DNA from: Thermoplasmata archaeon
GTDB lineage: Archaea; Thermoplasmatota; Thermoplasmata; GCA-020350865
DNA: 12,965 nucleotides
Assembly (NCBI GenBank): GCA_020348445.1
Contig: CP070751.1
Location: forward strand, 2,520,497 to 2,533,461
Direction of reading: 5' to 3'
Part shown: positions 1-6,043 of the stretch, piece after piece
How positions within the stretch are numbered: the stretch's first letter is position 1
Layout: each line of letters begins with the position of its first letter
Notes under the pieces: generated by a model
Told to the model about the DNA's origin: nothing
Databases searched by the model: none
The model's input: only the letters and a program-made list of their open reading frames with translations
Position numbers and translations under genes: made by a program

Positions 1-395
1 CTTTTACTTTTTTAGCTTCCTCGATTTCGCTCTTAAGCTTTTCAAGCTCCTCATCTCTTGATTTTAAGGTTTCCTCTCCAGCTTTCAGGCTTTCCTCAAG
101 CTCAGCGATCTTCTCACTCTTCTCTTTCACCTTCGAATCCAGCTCGCTGACCTTTTCAGATTCTGCTGCCACTTTTACTTTTTTAGCTTCCTCGATTTCG
201 CTCTTAAGCTTTTCAAGCTCCTCATCTCTTGATTTTAAGGTTTCCTCTCCAGCTTTAAGGCTTTCTTCAAGCTCTGAGATTTTATCGCTCTGCTCTTTGA
301 TCCTTGAATCCAGCTCACTGACCTTTTCAGATTCTACAACCTCTTCTACCTTCTTTTTTTCCTCGATCTCAAGCTTAAGCTCTTCAAACTCCTTT
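1..395. repeat. 171-nt (57-aa) intragenic tandem repeat: two near-complete copies plus a degenerate partial third, possibly continuing off the window
   Basis: cttttacttttttagcttcctcgatttcgctcttaagcttttcaagctcctcatctcttgattttaaggtttcctctccagcttt starts at 1 and again at 172. A diverged copy (cttctaccttctttttttcctcgatctcaagcttaagctcttcaaactcc) starts at 343. Confidence 0.92.
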
Positions 396-832
396 TCTTT
401 TACTACAAGCTCGCTTTCTCTCTTTGTAAGTTCTTCAGCTCGCCCTGACAATTCTTTCTCCTTGGATTCAAGATCAGCTTTTCCTTTTTCAAGTTCTTCA
501 GCCCGTCCAGTCACTTCCTTTTCCTTGGATTCAAGATCAGCTTTGCCTTTTTCAAGTTCTTCTGTCCGCTCTGATAACTCCCTTTCCCTTGCTGAAATTT
601 CCTCCTCCCTTCTATCCAGATCTTTAGTTTTTTCTGTTATCTTTACTTCTTTTACCTTTGTTTCTTCCTCAGAAACCTGCGGCTCCTCCTTTATCAACTG
701 ATCCAATTCTTGCTCTTGCGTAATTGTCTCGTTTTCAGTGGGAGTTTCCTTTTCAGGTTCTGGCTTTGCTTCTGCTTCCCCCTCTGAACCTGCCTCCTCC
801 CTCTTTGCTCTTGCCTTGTCTCTTAATCCCAT
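1..832 (-). CDS. Glu/Lys-rich coiled-coil protein with internal 21-aa and 57-aa tandem repeats (3' end beyond the left edge; not in the ORF track)
   Basis: Manual translation from ATG at 832: MGLRDKARAKREEAGSEGEAEAKPEPEKETPTENETITQEQELDQLIKEEPQVSEE...DLDRREEEISARERELSERTEELEKGKADLESKEKE...AAESEKVSELDSKVKEKSEKIAELEESLKAGEETLKSRDEELEKLKSEIEEAKKVK. No stop in 277 codons. GAGGT SD just upstream, 13 nt after the TAA of the 846-2285 gene. The Ser/Phe-rich + strand ORFs here are its antisense shadow. Confidence 0.92.
   Translation of the reverse strand, partial: MGLRDKARAKREEAGSEGEAEAKPEPEKETPTENETITQEQELDQLIKEEPQVSEEETKVKEVKITEKTKDLDRREEEISARERELSERTEELEKGKADLESKEKEVTGRAEELEKGKADLESKEKELSGRAEELTKRESELVVKEKEFEELKLEIEEKKKVEEVVESEKVSELDSRIKEQSDKISELEESLKAGEETLKSRDEELEKLKSEIEEAKKVKVAAESEKVSELDSKVKEKSEKIAELEESLKAGEETLKSRDEELEKLKSEIEEAKKVK
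429..617. repeat. 63-nt (21-aa, three-heptad) intragenic tandem repeat, about 3 copies
   Basis: agttcttc recurs at 429, 492 and 555. Copies 1-2 share ccttggattcaagatcagcttt. The unit encodes ELEKGKADLESKEKE(L/V)(S/T)GRAE. Confidence 0.88.
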
Positions 833-845
833 TAACCGACCTCGT

Positions 846-2285
846 TTACAATTTGTACTTCTCAAGAACCTTCTCGTAGAGGAGATAATCATTGGATTTT
901 GCGAACTTGTCAACGACCTCCTCCGGCAACAATTCAAGGAGGTCGTCTAGAATCTTCAATATCTTTCTCGTTTCCTCGTCGACGTTGAATCCAGGCCCAA
1001 CTTCCTTTAACTTTTCTATCTCTTTATCCTTTTCGATAATCATCGCTTTCAATTCCTCTAGCTTACTTGCGACGGTATTCAGTTCTTTTTCCTTTTCCTC
1101 GAGGTTATTCTCCAGATTCTTGATATCATTATCGAGGCTATCGATTTTCTGCATGTCTTTCTCGGCCTCGATCACCTCATCCTTCATCTTGAAAAGATCA
1201 GCCTGAAACTGTTTCTGTGCGGCAAGCCATTCCTCCTTAAGAGTCTCATTTGACTTGGTAGAGTCCACATTTGCTTGGGCTTGTGAATTCCTATTTGACT
1301 CAATCTCACTCTCCCATGTTTTTAGCTCCTCTTGCCTTGTCTCAAGATCTTTTTGGCTTCGTAGGATTTTTTCCTCTATTGCTCTTATTTCGTTTTCTCT
1401 GCTTTTGAGATCCAAGAATCTATGGCTTAGTTCCTCTTCTCTTCTATCCAGAGCTTCTTCCCTACCCCTTAATTTGTCTTTTTGCTTCTTTCTCCTCTCT
1501 ACTTCCTTTTGGAAAGCATCGACCCTTTTTTTCAGGTCTGCCTCTATCCTGAGAAGTTCGTTTTGATGAGCCCCTAAGATACTTCTGTAAGCCCCCCCTA
1601 TCATTAGAATGTTGGATTCATAAGATATCATGGCCTGCTTCTTCTTTTGTAGTATTTTTATCCTCCTCTCCAGGTGATTGCGCGCATCTTCATTTTCTTT
1701 CCCTTCCCCCCCCTCCAATTTTTTTAGTTCTTCCATTTTATCGTTTATCTCTTTATCTATGATGTTCATGTTGGCTACATTTCGTTCCAACAGGGTCTCG
1801 AAGGGTTTTCCAAGCTTCATAAGCTGTTTTCTGCGTACCTCAAAGTCCTCTTTTTCCATTGAGGTCTCATCTATATCCTTGATATGGTCCTCAATGGTTT
1901 CGTCTGGCTCTATTGTTGCTATGGATTCTAGAACCTTCATTGCCCTTTCTCTTTCTTGAACATCTTCCTCAGTATCGGGCGAGGCAACATCCCAGGACTT
2001 GGCCCAGCTCATCACTTTCACAAGAAATTCCTCATCCTCCTTTGCTAACTGCGTTGTTACGGGTTGCCCAGCCTCATTTGGATTTTCAGCCACCTTCTCA
2101 TTACATATGGGACATACATTGGCCTCCATACTGATCAAAGTCTCGCACGAGGGACAAGACTTGGCCTCCATCTCACCATCAAGCATGGTATCGCAGCTTT
2201 CACAAAACGTAGCATTTGGCTCAATTGTCTGATAACAATTGGAACATGCACACTTACCAGTGCTTAAACGTAGTTTAACTCCCAT
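846..2285 (-). CDS. Double zinc-ribbon (DZR-like) N-terminus plus long coiled-coil protein, 479 aa
   Basis: Four CxxC pairs in the first ~61 aa (CSNC, CESC, CPSC, CPIC), then a long E/K/R-rich heptad region, ending in a compact helical segment (DEETRKILKILDDLLELLPEEVVDKFAKSNDYLLYEKVLEKYKL). Confidence 0.88.
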   Translation of the reverse strand: MGVKLRLSTGKCACSNCYQTIEPNATFCESCDTMLDGEMEAKSCPSCETLISMEANVCPICNEKVAENPNEAGQPVTTQLAKEDEEFLVKVMSWAKSWDVASPDTEEDVQERERAMKVLESIATIEPDETIEDHIKDIDETSMEKEDFEVRRKQLMKLGKPFETLLERNVANMNIIDKEINDKMEELKKLEGGEGKENEDARNHLERRIKILQKKKQAMISYESNILMIGGAYRSILGAHQNELLRIEADLKKRVDAFQKEVERRKKQKDKLRGREEALDRREEELSHRFLDLKSRENEIRAIEEKILRSQKDLETRQEELKTWESEIESNRNSQAQANVDSTKSNETLKEEWLAAQKQFQADLFKMKDEVIEAEKDMQKIDSLDNDIKNLENNLEEKEKELNTVASKLEELKAMIIEKDKEIEKLKEVGPGFNVDEETRKILKILDDLLELLPEEVVDKFAKSNDYLLYEKVLEKYKL

Positions 2286-2372
2286 GTAGGTTCCGTACCT
2301 TTAATTTTCGACTTATGACACCTCTACGTTTACGTCGATCCTGACTCTTAAATCCCCCTCAAATTTGAACCA

Positions 2373-2891
2373 TCAACTGAACTTGTCGTAACATATAATC
2401 TCCGAAAGATTCTTTCTACCTGCTGACTCAGGCTCCTCGTTGGAATAACCCAATGGTATTAAGGCCAATACCTTTACATCAGAAGGAATTTTTAATAGGT
2501 CCTTTACCTTCTCCTCCTTGAATCGGCCTATCCAACAGGTTCCAAGGCCTTCATTAGTGGCACTTAATATCATATGGTCCAGGGCAATGGCCACATCAAC
2601 TGAAAAGCTATTCATGTAACCCCCCATATAACTATCAGCCTCATCAGGAAAACCACAGGCCACCACGATAACAGGGGCCTCTGCCATCCATTTCTTGTTG
2701 TTGCATGCTCCAGTGAGTTTCAATTTCATGTCCTCATCCCTAACCACTATGAACTTCCATGGCTGGGCATTGTTCGCAGAAGGAGCCAATCTGGCTGCAC
2801 CTAGAATCTTTCGTAAAACATCTTCAGCAATAGGTGTAGGTTTATACCTTCGGATACTCCTTCGGGCTTTAATGACCTCCGGTAAATCCAC
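2373..2891 (-). CDS. Nitroreductase family (FMN-dependent NAD(P)H oxidoreductase), about 172 aa
   Basis: Motifs RRSIRRY, ARLAPSANNAQPWKFIVV, A(x)EGLGTCWIG and LIPLGY. Start re-called to GTG at 2891 (VDLPEVIKARRS) because GGTGA lies 4 nt upstream. The track's 33-aa extension crosses the promoter region. Confidence 0.93.
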   Translation of the reverse strand: MDLPEVIKARRSIRRYKPTPIAEDVLRKILGAARLAPSANNAQPWKFIVVRDEDMKLKLTGACNNKKWMAEAPVIVVACGFPDEADSYMGGYMNSFSVDVAIALDHMILSATNEGLGTCWIGRFKEEKVKDLLKIPSDVKVLALIPLGYSNEEPESAGRKNLSEIICYDKFS

Positions 2892-3066
2892 CGTTTCACC
2901 CGCTGACAAATCATTGAGGACGCATATATATTTTTCTCCAAGGGGATTTGTTTTTGATAGTATAGAGGATTGATCGACGGGTATGAACACAACGACATTT
3001 TTATATGATGTTGAGAATATCTTTTTTTGCCTTGTTCGAAAATATCTGGGTTATAGGAAAGAAGTG
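2892..3066. promoter_or_regulatory. Divergent archaeal promoter region between the nitroreductase and the radical SAM gene
   Basis: Minus strand reads GAGAAAAATATATATG (BRE/TATA-like, about 2922-2938) upstream of the GGTGA SD. Plus strand has TTTTTATAT at about 2998-3006. Motif resemblance only. Confidence 0.5.
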
Positions 3067-3072
3067 ATGAGG

Positions 3073-4212
3073 ATGTTCAGAATCTTGCTGTCCAGGCCTG
3101 AAATGATAAAATGTACCATCTGTCAAAAGAGTTCAGAGTACATTTCAAAGGCCTTGGGAGTTTGTATAGGCTGTGTAAGAAGCGAGGCCAAATTAGCGCT
3201 GGCTGCCGCAGATAGGGCGCATGACCAGAGCAGGAAAAGATTTGCCCTCCCTTCCTTTCCACCGAAAAGCAAACTTGGTGCAAAGTGTAAAATCTGTGCC
3301 AATGGCTGTGAAATTCCCGAAGATGGCAGGGGTTTCTGCGGTCTGAGAGCCAACAAAGAAGGTAAAATAAGGCATCTTGCAGGAATCCCTTCTTCTGGGA
3401 TTTTGGAGAGCTACCATGATCCTCTGCCCACCAATTGCGTGGCTGACTGGGTTTGTCCAGGGGGGACAGGATGCGGCTTTCCTGAATTTTCGTATTCTGA
3501 CAGGAAACCAGAGTACGGCTACAATAACCTGGCTGTCTTTTATGGAGCTTGCACTTTCGACTGCCTATTCTGCCAGAACTGGCACTACAGGCTGCTTTCA
3601 AAGGAGCTTTCACCTCTTGTAAGTGCCCATGAATTGGCATCCAGGGTGGATGAGAAAACCAGCTGCATTTGTTACTTTGGAGGCGATCCAACAGCACAGC
3701 TGCCTCATGCCATCAAAACCTCGAAGATCGCTTTGAAGAAGGCCAAAGGCAGGATATTGAGGGTCTGCTGGGAATCAAATGGCACCATGACGCCCTCATA
3801 TTTGAAAACCATAGCTGAAATTTCCATGAAAACAGGGGGCTGCATCAAGATAGACCTGAAGACCTGGGATGAGAATTTGAATCGGATTTTATGCGGTGTG
3901 CCAAATACCCAGACAAAAAAGAGCATCAAATTCCTGGCTGAATATGGGAGGCAGAGGAGGGAGCCTCCATTTCTAGTGGTAAGCACCCTTCTTGTCCCTG
4001 GTTATGTGGATGTCCAGGAGGTGGGAAATATCGCCAAGTTCCTTGCATCTCTTGATCCTCAGATCCCCTATTCACTTCTTGGATTTCACCCAGATTTCGA
4101 GATGAATGACATGCCCACAACATCAAAATCCGAGGCAAATGAGTGTAAAAAGGCTGCTTTGGAAGCTGGACTTGAGAATGTGAGAATCGGAAATATTCAT
4201 CTTTTAGCTTAG
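3073..4212 (+). CDS. Radical SAM protein, PflA/glycyl-radical-activase-like (COG1180-like) archaeal type with Cys-rich N-terminal extension
   Basis: CTFDCLFC (CxxxCxxC) at 3550-3573, followed by YFGGDP, WESNG, IKIDLK, STLLVPGY and IPYSLLGFHP. N-terminal CxxC pairs and CKICANGC...GFCGLR. Start uncertain: ATG 3067, 3073 (after GAAGTGA) or 3103. The track's 2983 start is probably too long. Confidence 0.9.
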   Translation: MFRILLSRPEMIKCTICQKSSEYISKALGVCIGCVRSEAKLALAAADRAHDQSRKRFALPSFPPKSKLGAKCKICANGCEIPEDGRGFCGLRANKEGKIRHLAGIPSSGILESYHDPLPTNCVADWVCPGGTGCGFPEFSYSDRKPEYGYNNLAVFYGACTFDCLFCQNWHYRLLSKELSPLVSAHELASRVDEKTSCICYFGGDPTAQLPHAIKTSKIALKKAKGRILRVCWESNGTMTPSYLKTIAEISMKTGGCIKIDLKTWDENLNRILCGVPNTQTKKSIKFLAEYGRQRREPPFLVVSTLLVPGYVDVQEVGNIAKFLASLDPQIPYSLLGFHPDFEMNDMPTTSKSEANECKKAALEAGLENVRIGNIHLLA

Positions 4213-4227
4213 AAAGAGGTTTTCGGG

Positions 4228-4962
4228 ATGGAATTGAAAATTGGATGCTGCGGGTTTGCCAGGGGAAGGAAGAATTACCACAAGAAATTCGATTTGGTCG
4301 AGGTTCAGAACACTTTTTACATGCCTCCCAAATCTGAGACTGCAAGGCAATGGAAAATGGCGGCACCCCCCAATTTCGAGTTTTTGGTCAAGGCCTGGCA
4401 GCTTATTACCCATTCTCCCAAAAGTCCCACTTACAGAAGAGCCAAGATCATGATTGAAAAGGATAAACAGGACCGATATGGCCTTTTTAGACCCACGAAG
4501 GAGGTTCTCGATGCCTGGATTAAAACCCTTGAAATATGCGAAGTATTGAAGGCCAAGATCGTGGTATTTCAATGTCCAGCAAGCTTTAGACCTACAAAAG
4601 AGAACATCAAGAACATGAAGGTTTTTTTCTCTTCAATTGAAAGGGGTGCAATGGATATCGCCTGGGAGCCTAGGGGAGACTGGCCTTCGGATGTGATTTT
4701 GGACATATGCCTCGATTTCAAGTTAATACACTGTGTTGATCCCTTCAAAGACATGCCTCTCACCCAACAAAAGGCCTACTTCAGGCTTCACGGCTCACCT
4801 CCTGGCAAGACAATGTACAATTACAGATACACAAAATCGGATCTCCAATTATTGAAAAAGAAATGCTCAGGCTTTGACGAGGTCTATTGTATGTTCAACA
4901 ATGTTTTTATGTATGATAATGCACTTGAGTTCATGGATATAATGGGGACTCAGCCCCGATAG
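4228..4962 (+). CDS. DUF72 (YecE/UPF0759-like) TIM-barrel protein, 244 aa
   Basis: IGCCGF start, VEVQNTFY, F.F.VKAWQ.ITH, FQCPASF, WEPRG.W, VDPF and YFRLHG. GAGGT SD 7 nt upstream. 15 nt after the radical SAM stop. Confidence 0.92.
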   Translation: MELKIGCCGFARGRKNYHKKFDLVEVQNTFYMPPKSETARQWKMAAPPNFEFLVKAWQLITHSPKSPTYRRAKIMIEKDKQDRYGLFRPTKEVLDAWIKTLEICEVLKAKIVVFQCPASFRPTKENIKNMKVFFSSIERGAMDIAWEPRGDWPSDVILDICLDFKLIHCVDPFKDMPLTQQKAYFRLHGSPPGKTMYNYRYTKSDLQLLKKKCSGFDEVYCMFNNVFMYDNALEFMDIMGTQPR

Positions 4963-6008
4963 GCACCCACAATGGGAATCTCGGAGCCACATTTTTTACA
5001 TTTCTTATCCTCTGTGAGCTGATATTTGGTAACGCTGTGTCCATACCTTTTAATAACTGTCTCTTTGCATTTTGGACAGTAGGTGTTCTCGTATTCATGT
5101 CCCAGGACGTTCCCAAGATACGGATATAAAACACCCTCTTTCTTGGCCTTCTCATAGGCCATTTCAAGTTTCTCGATTTTTGTGGCGGGATTGTGAAATT
5201 CATATGATGGATGATATCTTGTGAAGTGCAGAGGAGCTTCTTTATCTAAATATTTCAATTGATTATTAATAATATAATCTATACAATCCTCATCATCGTT
5301 CACATCTGTAATCAGCAGGTTCACTATTTCAACATGAAGGCCCATTTTCCTTGCAAATTGTGCGTTTTTCCATATCTTATCCACATCCACATCCCTGCAG
5401 TATTTATCGTAGACCTCCTTGTCTCCCTTCATATCTATTTTTAGGCCATCCAAGCCCGCTAAAGCTAGCATCTTAAGGGCTTCTTGGGTCTGATACCCGT
5501 TTGAGACGAAGCAGTTGAAAAGGCCTTTTTCCTTGGCCAGGGGGAAAACCTCAAGGCAGTACTCGAAAAGCAGTGTGGGCTCCTGGAAGCTCACGCAGAG
5601 GCCCGAATCCCCGTATTTAAGGGCCATATCCACCATTTTTTGGGGAGGAACATAATTACCTTCTTTTGGCTTAGGCTCGGCTCTGGAGAGGTGAAAATTC
5701 TGGCACCAGGGGCAGCGGAAGTTGCAGGAGAATGTGGAGAAGGTCAGGGCTGTGGAGCCTGGGTAATAGTGAAAGAAGGGCTTGATTTCGATTGGTCTGC
5801 TTTCCAGGGCGCTGATATCTCCAAATGTGAGGGTGTATAGTTTTCCCTGGATGTTTGCTTTTGTCTTGCAGAAGCCTTTTCGACCTGGGGAGATTTCGCA
5901 TTTTCTTTCGCAGACCCCGCATCTTACTTTGTCGTTTGCTAGTTTTTCGAAAAGGGGAGAGGGTTTTACAGTATCATATTGCAGGTATTCTTCTGTAATG
6001 GGAGGGAT
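4950..6008 (-). CDS. amrS: AmmeMemoRadiSam-type radical SAM enzyme (TIGR04337-like), about 352 aa, non-canonical start (ATC proposed); the track shows only the C-terminal 228 aa
   Basis: The frame of the 5636 Met is open upstream to TGA at 6033-6035 and encodes IPPITEEYLQYDTVKPSPLFEKLANDKVRCGVCERKCEISPGRKGFCKTKANIQGKLYTLTFGDISALESRPIEIKPFFHYYPGSTALTFSTFSCNFRCPWCQNFHLS. The SAM motif CNFRCPWC is at 5703-5726. Downstream motifs: EPT, LHFTRYHPSY, YLGNV, NTYCPKC. GGAGG at 6016-6020. Confidence 0.85.
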   Translation of the reverse strand: MPPITEEYLQYDTVKPSPLFEKLANDKVRCGVCERKCEISPGRKGFCKTKANIQGKLYTLTFGDISALESRPIEIKPFFHYYPGSTALTFSTFSCNFRCPWCQNFHLSRAEPKPKEGNYVPPQKMVDMALKYGDSGLCVSFQEPTLLFEYCLEVFPLAKEKGLFNCFVSNGYQTQEALKMLALAGLDGLKIDMKGDKEVYDKYCRDVDVDKIWKNAQFARKMGLHVEIVNLLITDVNDDEDCIDYIINNQLKYLDKEAPLHFTRYHPSYEFHNPATKIEKLEMAYEKAKKEGVLYPYLGNVLGHEYENTYCPKCKETVIKRYGHSVTKYQLTEDKKCKKCGSEIPIVGAYRG

Positions 6009-6043
6009 AAGAGGGCCTCCTTGTGATTTAAGTCATCAAGGTA

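Noticed and set aside
1-617. Direct repeats considered as a CRISPR array, given the Cas4-like gene in the window
   Set aside because: The repeats are contiguous, in-frame coding units of 171 and 63 nt with no unique spacers, and no cas1/cas2 is present.
297-1959. Ser/Phe/Leu-rich + strand ORFs (297-701, 738-950, 892-1206, 1255-1566, 1678-1959)
   Set aside because: Antisense shadows of Glu/Lys-rich coiled-coil genes (GAA/AAA codons read as TTC/TTT/TCx). They have no independent coding signal.
2313-2372. 19 sense codons (WFKFEGDLRVRIDVNVEVS) in frame after the nitroreductase TGA, suggesting readthrough or selenocysteine
   Set aside because: The nitroreductase fold is complete at RKNLSEIICYDKFS, the TGA is not at a catalytic Cys position, and I saw no SECIS-like hairpin. 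An open stretch this short is expected by chance.
3077-4572. Overlapping minus-strand ORFs (206, 146, 122 aa and others) opposite RS1 and DUF72
   Set aside because: Fully overlapped by strongly motif-supported + strand genes, with no recognisable motifs or SD sites.
4950-4962. 13-nt convergent 3' overlap of DUF72 and RS2
   Set aside because: Short tail-to-tail overlaps are common in compact archaeal genomes.
5671-5922. 83-aa minus-strand ORF in the track, upstream of the RS2 Met
   Set aside because: Wrong frame. The same DNA encodes the conserved RS2 N-terminus in the frame of 5636, so no frameshift is needed.
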